Source of the DNA: Marsupella aquatica
Taxonomy: Eukaryota; Plantae; Marchantiophyta
DNA length: 64,000 nucleotides
Direction: 5' to 3'
Assembly: GCA_973895155.1 (NCBI GenBank)
Contig: OZ316897.1
Location: 310,001 to 374,000, forward strand
Shown: in pieces, positions 29,461 to 42,700 of the stretch
How positions within the stretch are numbered: the stretch's first letter is position 1
How the letters are laid out: every line of letters starts with the position of its first letter
The notes under the pieces: generated by a model
The model's input: only the letters and a program-made list of their open reading frames with translations
What the model was told of the DNA's origin: nothing
Database searches by the model: none
Program-made: the position numbers and the translations under genes

Positions 29461-29751
29461 TGCTTTAATCAATGTCCCTCCCTTGCTAAGCTTTAGGGCC
29501 CAATCTCTCGCTTCCAAATGAGTTGCCTTTCTGCCCCAAGCCCTCTGTCCTGAAAATGCTCGCCTCCTGCCCCGACCCTCTCTCCTGAAATAGCTCACCT
29601 CTGCCCCGATCCTTGCTCACAAAATGGCTCGCCTTCTGCCTGAATCCCCCTCTCCAAAAATGGCTTGCAGTGTGCTCCGATCCTTACTCCTGAAAATGCT
29701 CACCTCTGCCGGCCCTGATCCCTCTCTCGTTCAATCCCCTTCTCCTTCTGT

Positions 29752-30265
29752 CCCGATCCCTCACTCCCAAAATGGCTCGCCTTCTGCATGAATCCCCCTC
29801 TCCAAAAATGGCTCGCAATGTGCCCCGATCCCTGCCTCCCAGCGCTGCGCCTGCCTTTCAAACTCACTTGCAATCGACTGTGAACTGGCAAGGCTTAAAA
29901 AACGACGTTTTGGGTGTCGTTTCTCCCAAAGAAAACGAGGCGCCTTCACAGAGCCCGATAAGCGGAGGGTCCGAGTGGGGTTCTGATCCCTTTGTCCCAC
30001 TTCAGGCCCCAATCCCCAACGCGAGCGCGGCACTTCCGAACGCAGCACGGTTGCGCCTTGGGCCTGGGCAAAGATGATACTGCGGTAAAGCTGGGCTTAG
30101 GATCTCGACTATGGTTACTTTTTGGCCAATCGGAATGCAGCAGTGGTCAAGTACTTGGGTTAAAAGTAACGGGATACGGTTAGGGGGGCAGTATACTAAA
30201 TGTATTAGTTTTGGGGGCAGTATTGTAATTACTACCAGTTTGGGGGGTAGTTTAGTAAAAAGCTG
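29752..30265 (-). repeat. Right TIR of the MULE, preceded by ~30-bp subterminal repeats (29490-29751)
   Basis: Reverse complement of 16107-16620. CCCGATCCCTC..AAAATG(G)CTC(G/A)CCT(T)CTG units are repeated inward. Confidence 0.95.
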
Positions 30266-31449
30266 ATTTGGAGAATTGCCAGCATTACAAGAAAGAGTGG
30301 TCTTTGTTGCTAGTTTACTCTGGGAAACAAATAGCAAATACAAAAAAAGGGTGGGGTAAATTGCGTACTTGAGCTGAAACCCCCACATACTCAAACCCTA
30401 GTTTTTCTGAAAGGTATCTCAAATGAAATTCTTGAGTTTATTATTTCAAGTGTTTTGAAGTCCTCCACAATTGTATTAGACATTAGCTCTTGTATATGTC
30501 TGACAAATGTCTGATACCTATTGTTAGAAATGAATTAAAACCTACTTTGAGTACTTCTTGATAGCAATAGCATTGGACACATGAGACATCACAAATTTTG
30601 CAAAACTTGCTCTCAGGCATTTTCTGCAATTATAAAATGATGCACACAAAATGCTTTACTAGAACTAGTTTCCAATTTGCCTTGCAATAATTTTTTATTG
30701 TGTCTGATGATGTGTCAAATTTTAGGAACTCAGTGTATGGGATCAAGACTCTCATTTACGGACATTGCATTGGGAAGACTAAAATGGGTTGAATCAGAAT
30801 ATGTCCCAACAGCCTTATGCCTAGATTTATAGTTGGATTCCTACAAACCAACGATGACTATTATACTTAAATGTGGTCGCTTTTGTAAAGGCATAACCAT
30901 GATTCAGATGATCACCTGGATTTTAACCCCTTTTATGATGGTCTAGTACAAAACTTCTCCACAAACCAACAACAAGCAGATAAGAATTATTCTTGGTCCA
31001 TTTATTGGCATGGTGATGCTAGTTACTTAGGTAAAACTTGAAACTAATTTAACACTTGGTCGAAAGAGTAGCAAAGTGATAAATATTTGTAAAAGTGTGG
31101 CCAACCCAAATATTGAATACTTTAGTGGCAACTTAATAAGGAATGACTTAGGTGAGTAAACTGTTTATTTCCTTCAAATCATGACTACCCATCAAAAGCA
31201 TATTAAGGTAATATTCCTTCTCAATACAGAATGAGACAACAGGTCACCTTAATTCATTATCTCACTACAAATATGAATTCCCAGGGATTTTGTTTTTCAT
31301 CAACAGCCCGGCTAGCTCTGTAGACTCATGAACAAAATCAAATTTGAGAAGCCATTGAAATGGGCAGATAAAAAAAACCTCCTGCCGTCATGCTTTTTCA
31401 AGATCCCAAGTTTATTCTACATTTGATGTTTCCATTGCCTTATTACAGC

Positions 31450-34400
31450 TTAATGTGTCAAAACATTTTCAATCAAGTCATGGTTTTGTTGAGCACCTTG
31501 GATAAGATCTGATACTATATAATTGTCATTACTACTTGTAACAGTCTTTAAGACTTCTGTTTCGTCAAAATCTACACATCCTTTGGATGCACATATGTTG
31601 TCACTTGGAACATTACAACCTGTAAGTTTAGAGTTAACCATGTTGATATGGTCATTTGCTACTCTGAACTGTAGACCATCTTCCTTCTTCTCACTTTCAT
31701 GTGCAATCTGCTGGGAATTACTACTCAAATCATTTATAGGATACAAATCTAGAAAGTTGGAACTAGGAACTGACATCTCTACCTCCATGTTTATGGAATC
31801 TGGTATTAGCCCACAATAATTCAATTGACTATCTTCCATGCTCATGCTGCATTTTTGTAGCTTTCGCGCTGAAGTGACAGCATTCAAGTGGGGATCAAAA
31901 GTGCCAGCATCTCGTTTACGAGGATCTAAGAGTTGTGAATGTAATCCTAGTGTGTCACAGTCTTCTTCCATTGAATCTTCTAGTGTTAATGGTATAAAGT
32001 CATTTTCAGTGCTTGCTTGTTGAATGGAATCTAATGCAATTTTTGATTCAACTGTGATTCCCATGACATTATCTTCGAAGTAGAATGTGTTTCTTCCTTG
32101 TGTAGCCTTGTCTTGAGAACGAGCTTTTGCATTTTGAACAAGTTCATCAAATGCTGTGATCAATCAAAGCACATCAATGATAAAGCGTGATCAAAGAGTA
32201 TGTGTGCTATACAAGAAAAGTAAAAGTAGTAAATCAAGATAAGCCAACTATTGTTGTGCCTCACAGGACACAAATTAAAGGTTTACAGAGCTAAGCACAT
32301 AAGTCTATTATTTGCTACCTTTCAAGTGTTTTTCTCTTAAGTCTGCTTCCTCTTTTCGAATAATTTCCCTCGTCCTTTGTTCTGCCTGCAGACATGGATG
32401 CTTTATGAGTACGAGGAATCTTATGTAGAAAACATGTTCATTTGACACATCAGACTAGATTATTCCATCTAGTGTTTAACTGTCTTACCGATAACCCTCC
32501 AGCTGTCCATGCTTCTGCTAATCTGCGGTCTTTCTCAAAGACAGGTGAATCATCTAAGTAATGAAGCTGCAACAAGAACATTTACTTCAATGTCAAGAAT
32601 GGATCATTCAGTACGGGCAAGCTCCACTACTCCTAACAAGTTGAATAATCTAATTATTTAATTCTAACAATATTTGCTTTGCAAGTAGTATGTTGTAATT
32701 TGATTCCCATTCTACTATTGGGTAATGTTGGGATACGGGAGGTTTGAATGTGCATTCTCATCTGATTGATTGGAATTACATTGCTCATATATAAGGCTAC
32801 TTCACAACAATTATTTGTTGAATGACTAGATCTCGCATATACACATCCAAAACTGGTATCTATATAGACCAATGTTGGGCTGCTGTTGGCTTTTGCCAAG
32901 ATCTTGGTATTTAGAACTAATATCTCATAACATACAAGAATGGTAGAGGTAATAATATTAACAAGGGTAGTAATTTAGCAGACATGTAGAATGCTATGTG
33001 AGAGAATTCAAATGTTTTATTTGTGTACATCTAGACATCATGTCAAGCGTTTGTTCCCATCTGAGCTTTCACTTCCCATACAACATTAAATTTCACAGAT
33101 TTGCTTGAATATTGTTAATATTAATGATTTCAGACCTTTCAAATCAACACATCAGTATTGGGATGACAACCTCAAAAGATCTGATCAAAAATATGTATTT
33201 TCATAATGTTGTGATCAAAGTATTGTTAAAAATAGGATGTAAATAAGGTGTTTTACACCACAAAATAAAGAATATTCCTTCTTTATACCATTTATAAATT
33301 AAAATGGGTTACTTAAAGTATAAGTTACTGTATTTATGTAGGGTTCTATCCCACTTGTATCCTGGAAAACTACACTAAGTTAACCCTCATGACATTAGTG
33401 GGTCAGATCCTGTTTAGGGTTTAGGGACATGTTTTCTTGTACCTAGGGTGGCTCACCCTTTAAATTCTAGCATGGAGGGGATACAAAGATAATCACAGGT
33501 ATGACTAATAAGAATAATGGATTCTTGCTAGTTTAAAAATGAAAAGGGTATAATTAAATTACAATTCAATACCTCTTGGATTGATGTAATTGTCTTCTTC
33601 CGATAATGCATTGTCTTGGAAACAATAGGATTCCCAATTAAGCGAAGTAGCCTCAATTGAAGATTTCTTATCATCTGGAATAATAATAAAATACCTCATT
33701 AGTAGTTATACTGCAATGAGTGCAATGCCTTCTCCCAACTTACTTCAAAATTAAACTACCTTAGTGTCAACAAATGGCAATATTATGGTGGAGTAGAATG
33801 TACAGAAAACCCTTTATTTGAACAAGTATATAGAGTCTAAACAAATGCAAGGGTTATAATAAGATAACTAGGATGAAAAAAATGTTAAGAAAACTAGGAT
33901 GATGAAATTAGAGTAGAAAGCCAAAATGACCTAAGAGAATCTAGATACTAAACGAGTACACATTCTTGACTTTAGCAATGTAGATGTTTCTTCACTGTTT
34001 ACTAGCTTAATATTGCACTAAGTAATTTGGAGTTATTACGAGACTTTGGTAATACTTCGGTTTTTAGCAACATGATTGTGGCCCTTGAATTGTGTAAAGA
34101 GTTCTTTCCCATCTTTACCTCCAAAGCAAGCTCATCATCTATCCGATTGTTTGACAAATCAAGAGATTGTATGCTCCTACAATCCTGCAGGGAGGAAAAC
34201 ATCACTGTCATAAGCTTTTGTGCAGTATTTGAAGAGTCATCTTAAAGGTAGCAGTGCTATTAGAGTTTTGAAAACTTGTTATTGTTCACCTTGTCCTAAG
34301 TTCAAAAGCTTGTATAATTACAACACAAGGGAAAATTCACAACTCAAGAGAATGATTTTATAAGTTGATATTACACAAGATTTTATGCAATTGGTCTTGA

Positions 34401-36528
34401 CTATTTGATGTACAAGCTTGAAAGAGCCTCATTTCAACTAGACTATTATTTCATGCTTATGTAGTATGGGTTTCTGTTTAGAATTAAACCTTGAGGTGTA
34501 TTGTGTCTTCAAATGATCTAATTCTATTTCCAGACAAGTTGAGTTGACGTAGTTTAGTACATCTGTCAAGGCCTTGCAGTTTTTTGATCTGGGAGTCATG
34601 TGGATCATTGGGTCGAATGATGTCTTGTTAATCATGGCATCGTGTTACTGCTAGAAATTCTATAGCAATCCACTCCTATCCTACAAAGAAAAAATATACC
34701 AGGCAATAATCAAAAGCAAAGCCTCTTGTGTGAGTGTAGAGTGTGTGGTTGTATGCAATTGACAAAAACTGAAAACAGAAGTTAATCATCTTATACTCTT
34801 GTGTATAACAGAAAATGAGAGTAATGTGTGTACAAAACAAGCACAAGAAGAATTTGACCTGATTGTTTGCCAGATCAAGGGTCTCAAGCTGAGTGAGTTT
34901 ATTGAGGCCGCTGATATCCTCCACCAAGTTCTGATTAAATGAGCCCTTCCAATTTAAAGATATTTCTACGTTGATTACAAAAATGACTAGACTAGATCTA
35001 CATCACTTGTAATAAGCAGATTTCTGGAGTGACAATAACAAAAAGAGAAAAATTAGGGATGTAAGTATAGGGAGACTTTGTCAATAACAGAGACTTATGT
35101 AAGCATTCTAGTTTCATCTGTTATCACAAGTTACACAACTATACAAGTCTTCCTACATGCATGTTGTAGCTACATACCAGTTGAAATAGCCATGATTGTA
35201 CTCCCACTGACTTGTAATATCAAAATCAACCAAAGCTATTGATCAAACATTAATTTGTGAACACTTGGAGCAAAATCAAATGTACAACTTACCTCGTTTA
35301 AATAAAGGCATTGAAGGTTAACAAGCTGGTCCAATCCCTCAATCTTGGAGATAGCTGTTATGCAATTTAGCATCATGGAAACATGTCAACTAAGCTTGAC
35401 AATGATACTGAAGAATCACTATTATAGAATCCTTGACATTAAATGAGCTCTGATTAACTTGAAGGGTGAGTTTTGGGTTTAAAAGACTGAAATCACTCAA
35501 AGGAATTGCAGTCAATTTTGTATTTTCATTTTTCCTTTCGATTAATATGGAATGAAGTTTTGAGAAGAATAGTCATTCAAAGCAAATCCATGTATGACTT
35601 ACATGTGGCACACACTCAAACACAAACTTCCAAATTTTAATTCAAACTTTACAGCAGATCCTTTGTTCCTCAACTACAGATGAAAGGTGGGACTTTGAGA
35701 TTTTATTGATTGACGTTAATTTTTTGCAAATACTGTCAGATGACATAGGACCAAATAATTAGGGTTCACTTACTGGGAATTTGAAACTGTCTTTCTTACT
35801 TACTGTCTCCTGTGAAAAGCAAACAATTCAAGCTATAGAAGGACTTTGGATGTGCAAATGAAAGTCTAGTGATTTAGGATGAGACTCTCTCATATCAACA
35901 AGAATACGCCCTTCAAATGCAGCTCCATACCATTGCATTCGAGGTAGATGGTTCTCAAGCCTGTATATTCGTCTAAGTTCTTCAGTTTCACAATACCCTG
36001 CCATGTTTCCATGTAACCTCAAATTAGCTACCAAATCAGTCTTGGCATCTAATTAAGCAGGAATCATTCCAAGGAAATGCCTTATATGCCCTGATTATTC
36101 AGAGATTAATTACTAGTAGGAGAAGGTAAGTCTATGAGATTTATGTGATGTGTTTCAGTTACATAAACTGGCAAGCCCTTTGAAGTGCAGCTTCCATCAG
36201 TACCTTTTGATGGAGATGGAGGACCTCGTTGAGCTCAGGGCAGCTAGAATATCTGCAAGCGGTGAAGGATTGTAGCTGTTGGAGTTTTGATCTCTTGCTA
36301 AACTATGAGAATAGAATATAGCAACTTGGTGAACATCGAACATTAGCATGAAAGCATAACAAATTGGTAAAATGTGCAATCATGACAAAGTCTAATTGAC
36401 ACTAGATCTGCAAAGAGCAAAAGTCAAGTGTTTTACAGTTTGAGGTCTCTGCAAAGTTTTTTCAAGGTAGTTGGTGTCAATTCAAATCCCCCTTCACATT
36501 CATCATCATTCACTTCTTTTGACCACAT
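31450..36528 (-). CDS. DNAAF1: Dynein axonemal assembly factor 1 (ODA7/LRRC50)-like leucine-rich repeat protein, multi-exon
   Basis: Exons [19 protein letters not shown] (36528-~36440), [13 protein letters not shown] (~36255-36204), [22 protein letters not shown] (~35997-35931), [93 protein letters not shown], then a long acidic last exon (stop 31450-31452). Confidence 0.85.
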
Positions 36529-39500
36529 CCTTCAATTTTGCTACAAGCTCTTCTCCAATTGGATGAAAAATTGAGTTTGTGGTAGAACTTTTGCAGCTAA
36601 ATAATGTCCTATAGCTGGATTTTATTTCCAGTCAAGATTTCCATGAGGTTGACTTGATTGGAATGAATAATACACGTTCAACCTTTACACTCCATAGAGT
36701 GCATGCACACATGTAGAACCATGGCAAGCCATATACCAATGGACTGTAATGATTCCACAAAATTCAATTATTTGGATAGGTGGTAGCATGCCTTCTTGAC
36801 CTGCAATTGGATGGAAGTCATGAACTGGTCAAGGAACATAGGATGTTCCACACAATCATGTGACACTTAGTTTCTGATTGCTTCTCTTAGTTTCAAGAAA
36901 GGAGAGGCCTATTGATACCTAAGTGGCATTTCATTGTGCTGGCAAACACTATGGCTGAGGGCTGTGACTCCATATTGACTATGATATAAGAGGCAGTAAG
37001 TAGAGTTTCAAATTTTAGCAAAGCAAGCCCCTCTACGTAGGGAAGTAATCTCTTTCCTAATTAGTCTGACGCACATTCGTGAGGATATTCAAATTTAACT
37101 CACAATGATACTACCACCGTCCCTGGAACATATTTGCTTGGGTACAGACTGTATTCATATAGTGAGCCATGGGGCACTCTGGCCTAATAGAGCACCCTGG
37201 CATTGTGTTTGAGTTTCACAGAGTACATTTGATTTTCTAGCGTCATGACACTGTCTGAGAACAAGATATTGTCTTTGAAAAATGAAGTTGTGTTCAATCA
37301 GGAGTTAGGTTTGAAATGTGATATTGTCTTCAAACTAAAGTTAGTAATCCAAGCTATGTAAAAGAAGAGTGACCTCAAATGAACATAGCCAGGATTTGGA
37401 CACCAATACCGCATGAATATTATTTGTAGGCCAAGATTGAATGCTTGTAGTTCTGGCTGTGGTGGTTGCCTGTACATCAAAATACTTTGTTACATGGACA
37501 ATCTCTTTCCTTGCAGACACAAGGTTGCCAAGGCTTTGACTCTTGAAAGAACTGAATTCACAGTTTTGGAAGCCAACACTCATCCCTTTGACCAATTGTA
37601 AGTGCCCACATAGCTGTCTGAATGAAATGCTATCTTTTTCGAGCATATGCTATGAGATTGTTTTTTTTACCCTAAACCCTTTTTTTAAAGGGGAAATCTG
37701 TGAAACCCCACAGAAAAGGAACAATAAGTTACAATAGTTGAACCCAAGACCTATTAGTTTCCATTCAAGTGAGCTACCACATAACCATGCCTCTCTGGGC
37801 AACATTTGCTATGAGATTAACTCACGTCTATTAGTTTTCCTTGCTTGAAGCCACTTATGAGGCTCAATGCTGGGATCTATGAGTTTGATGCAGGTCTGTA
37901 GTGAAGGCCATATGTTTGAATTGAAGACCCACATTAGATCACAAAGCCAACCACCCCCAAACACAATGCTCAGCTGATGTTAAATTGGTGTTGTGTTCAA
38001 ATAATTCTTACTTCTTAGTCTAGACAAGTGTTTCAGCAGGTTGCAGACAGGTCACCCAACGCTGTGTTTGGGGGAAGACATCAATTCAATGTTAACAAGG
38101 GTTTTATTGAATATGTCATGATTTTTGATTCTATCCCGGATCCTATAGGCAAGCTCTCTACAATGTTTGACAATGAAGTGTTTGGATGAAGAGTGTATAT
38201 ATCACTGCCAAAGTGCAAAAAGTGCCTAACCGGGATACAAGATCTCAAAAGCAAGACAACAAATAACGAAAGAAAACAAGGGTAAAACAGGAAGTCCAAA
38301 GTGCCAAAAAGCGTGGAGTCCCCAAACTGCCAAACCCTACTCCCAATAAGAACAAAAGATCAAAAGCCCTGCTCAGTAATAAATTGAAAAGCTTGATAGA
38401 GCTCACATGTAAGTAGCATACTAGGAGGGCAACTTAGAGGAATTGGACAGAGGCCCCAAAACCAACTGCATCGGCGGCTCAAAGAATAGTGAATGCTTGA
38501 GCCCTGTCAAAGTCACATGTAAAGATGTTTGGATGAACATCTCCCAGAAAGATTGATATGAAGCATTTGGTGGGAATTGGGTACCACTTAACTTTTGGGT
38601 TAGAAAACTAGTTATATTTGTGTTTCATAATCTAACATGAGGACTTTATGTATCTCAATAGCAATGAATTGTGTTGGTTCCCAGTTCACTTGGGAAAAGG
38701 TAGTAAGCATGAGTGATAATGTGATAATGTGGCTACATTGCAAGGAATTCACTATACAGGCTGGTTTGTGGCTGGGGAAACCTGTTTGAGGGTCGGCTTT
38801 CCCAGCCGCATAGACAAATAGGGGTGGTGGGAGCCGACACCCTCACTCCCCGTGGCAGGAGCAGGATTCCATGGAAAGTGCTTCATATGGCGCATGATAA
38901 CTGGTTATTGCCTTCTGAACCATTAACATCTCCATGCCATTGAAACACAGGACTATACACAATCATCACATCCACATTGCATTGTCCCCATATGCAACGC
39001 CAGCAACACAATTCTGTAGGGATGATCAGGTTCATGTGAAAAATGAATAACTATTGTCAATTTGAGGCACTGGGACAAAAATTAAGCTCAGCTAAAGGAG
39101 TGGCTCCAAGCCCAGATGGAGCAGCAATATGGGGATGGACTGGAGCAGAATAGCTAAAAAGTAGGATATCACCTTTTAGAGTTCTGACGGTTTGCAGCAT
39201 GTTTTCACTTAGATTGTGCAATGGCAAGTCACTGTTCATTCAACTACTTTGGATATTCTTAAACTTAGCCGACAATTTTCAGTTGATTTTATAATGTTTG
39301 TCTATCTTAGTCCTTGTCATAAATGAAGCAAATGATCTTAGAAAATTCTCAAACTTTGTTACAGATTAGGTAGCATGATATTTCTTCCCCTTTCTGGAGG
39401 TGGAATACCCCCTCCGATTTCTTCCAGCAAACCAACACATATAACAAAAAATTGCATGATACAATGGCCAGCCATCAACCTCCTAAAATCCTACAAATAC

Positions 39501-39754
39501 ATTGCCTTTCCCTCGTCATAAAACAAGAATATTGTGGTATAGCATTTCTCTACACCTTGATCAGCCAGACCACATTCAGAAATCCCTCTAGAGGCGCGTT
39601 GGGTTACTGTTTCTCCGGAATCCTTATATAAAAGCCCGTCATCAGCGAAACTTGCCATGCAAAATGCTGCCATGACTCAACATTCAGGAAAACGGAGAGT
39701 AACGTTCAAAATGTAGGTGTGCGTTAAGCGTCGTTCAGTATTATTTCTCCCCTT

Positions 39755-42700
39755 CTACAAATTTGTAGTGGAAGTACTTCCTCTCGTTGGACCCTGCAGT
39801 TGCCTTCGGACGAGATTGGCGTAAATTCCGTTTCTATCTAGGAGTTCTTCATGGGTACCTCTCTCGGCAATAATACCGTCATTAACGACTGCCACAATGT
39901 CAGCACTTTGAACAGTTGAAAGACGGTGAGCAATGACCAACACCGTCCGCCCATGCATTAGCCGATCCATAGCGTCCTGTGGGAGGAATTCAATTCATAA
40001 GAAAGCTTAATCACATGCAGCAGTTCGAGAGGGATTTGAGAGCGACATAAAACCAAGGGTACCAAGTTGTGGATATAGAACTTTCGGTGTTGTGCAACAA
40101 TGACTCGTGACGGAAAGCAAGGAGCTCACCTGCACAAGATATTCGCTTTCCGCATCCAATGCACTGGTGGCCTCATCCAACAGGAGCACCTTTGGATCCA
40201 TTAGTAGAGCCCTAGCAATCGCTATCCGCTGCTTTTGACCACCTGAAAGTCTAACACCCCGCTCGCCCACATTGGTTTGATAACCCTCCGGAAATCTGCT
40301 AATAAACTCATGAGCATTGGACATTTTCTGCACATGATCCCCTTAAGATATCAGGCCTTCGGTTGTAGATGGGATCTTCGAAAAGAACAAGACGAACCCC
40401 CCCCAAAAAAGAAAAAAGAAAAACAAAAGCTTCTTCGGTGGGAGGACAATGACGGATGCCTTGAAATAGAGTTCGAGTTTAATTTCAGCGTCTCATCAAG
40501 GAGCTCGGTGAGTGTTGTTCCCACTTCGTTAAGACTGGATGGGATCCCGACTCGCGAACCGGCATAGAATTGCATGTACGAGAAAGGAAAACAACAGTTC
40601 GCGAAAATAATTATTACCGACACTCGCTCGATTTCTGATTCATCAAGTAAATTATGTAGTCCATACGATATATTCTCTGCTATGGTGCAGTTGAATAGCG
40701 TCGGTTCTTGGCTCACAATACTGATCTGCAATTCCATCATTTTTATCAATGATCACATTCACATAGCTTAGTCTACTGAAGCCAATATGATATCGTGGTT
40801 GCTGTCAGACTACTTCACTAGAAACAGACATTCTAGAAACAGACATGTAGGTCGTAAAAACAAACAGAGGAGTTAAGTTCGCCTGCTTAAGAGCCATGAT
40901 TCTGTAAGAACAAAACAAGTTTGTTGTGCGTATTAGACTGAAGATAGTTCGTGATACTGCAAGAAAGTCGACGAAGAGGGTATAATTCATGAGTTTCTCA
41001 ACTGAGAACGAGTCAAATTTATTCGAGAACGAGATTGCGGCATACCTTCTCATGAAGATGGCGATGGTCTATATCAATCAGAGACACTCCGTTGAAGTAA
41101 ATGTTGCCCTTTTGAGGATCATAAAATCTTTCCACCAAATTCGCAATGGTAGTCTGCAAATCAATGAGTCCGAAATCGGAGCCTGAGTCAAATTGGGAAG
41201 GAGGAGCATTTATTGACAAACGAAACCGAAAGGTTACTGCGGTCACAACAACCATTGAAAAGTTTGCTTACTTTGCCTCCACCACTGGGCCCAACGAGAG
41301 CAACCTTTGCTCCGGGTTTCAGCTCAAGATTTACTCCCTACAGCCGATTGATCATCAGGTTATTGTAGTCTTCGACGATCAAAGCAAGCATCGAATAACT
41401 TGTCCCCTTCCAAGGTAAGCCCCGAAAATAAACATGTAAGATACCTCAACTCTCCATAGGCATTTGCAGGGAATCATAAGAACTAGAGGCAAAGTGAGCA
41501 GTGCAATCTGACGGTCATTTCAAGTCTGCTCGTTAGATGCAAGAGAGTGAGTGCTTCTGTAAAAGAATTACACCTAACCTTCCTATTTCCAAGCTCACTG
41601 AACAACGAATAACAATTGATTCGTAAACGTGTAACGATATGTAAGCAAAATTTAAACTTCCTACTTCCTAGCTCACTCAACATCCAGAACCAAGATGATC
41701 CAAAATAAAGAATACAAAATTTAAGCGATACACAATTGCCAGATTCAGGTTACAATGGATCTAGAATTCAAGTTATAATTGACCTAAATTGTTTTTCCAA
41801 AATCTCAGTAAAACAAAAGATGGATTGATGTCTAGAACTCGATCTCTGCCATTTTATAAGTTCGGCATATCCATATGATATAAGGACCCCGATATCAGTG
41901 ACATTTTCTATGAAGAAATTATACTTAACCCCGACCAAACCTGAAGCAGGCTCATAAACCACTATTTAAAGGGGTCATATGGCAAATGATCTCCATACAT
42001 ATCCCAGGGGGGGAAACTGACCCTTGTACTTTCCTAAGAAGAATATTGTAACTTACTTTCAGAACCCAGTCCTTCGGTCGAGATGGATAAGCAAACCACA
42101 CATCCTCAATCCGAACTTCCGCGTCTGAAGAGTCCCTGTAGACAAAGAGACAAAATACGGACACGTTAGAAAGCTACTTGAATTGAAAGAAATCTCGACT
42201 TGCCTCCACCTCTGGTAAAAGAGTAGCATCTGCTCTGGAAGAAAGTTACACCGGGCCCCTAGTTCAAATTAGAAGAGACTTTTGTTAGTGACATTACTTG
42301 CGGCGGGAGGGGGCAGTAATGCTGATAAGGTTTCAAACGATTGAAGTCAAATAAATCTGGAGGAAAGATGTGACAAAAGACCCATTCGAAAACAAACTAT
42401 CCACACTTCACCTCCGACACTTGACGAAAACGAATTTAAAGAGTTGCAACACCAATTGAACGAACGCCATCTTAGATAAACTACAAATCCAACCAAAGAG
42501 GAGGGACCAGAGAATGTAGCAACAACAAAGGCTATAGACTTGGAATAAGTTGCTAAAACGCATGTACACTTAGCTTTTGTATAGAAGCTTACTTGACAGG
42601 AAGCTCATCGCCAGGACTGGGCATGCTTGACATCCGGTCCAGGAGCTGGAAAACACGCTGGCTGGCACCAACTGCCTTCATTGCCGTCGTATAAATACCC

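Larger units (their letters stand above)
16107..30265 (+). mobile_element. Mutator-like DNA transposon (MULE) with a nested retrotransposon
   Basis: Long TIRs 16107-16620 and 29752-30265 (CAGCTTTTTACTAAACTACCCCCC... / ...GGGGGGTAGTTTAGTAAAAAGCTG). Perfect 10-bp TSD ATTTGGAGAA at 16097-16106 and 30266-30275. Internal MuDR-type transposase. Confidence 0.97.

Noticed and set aside
37341-37646. Short ORFs including a YMDNLF motif reminiscent of a transposase
   Set aside because: A single short motif with no supporting domains or termini.
38768-38812. GC-rich hairpin GGCTGGGGAAA...TTTCCCAGCC
   Set aside because: Isolated; no RNA-gene or element context I can support.
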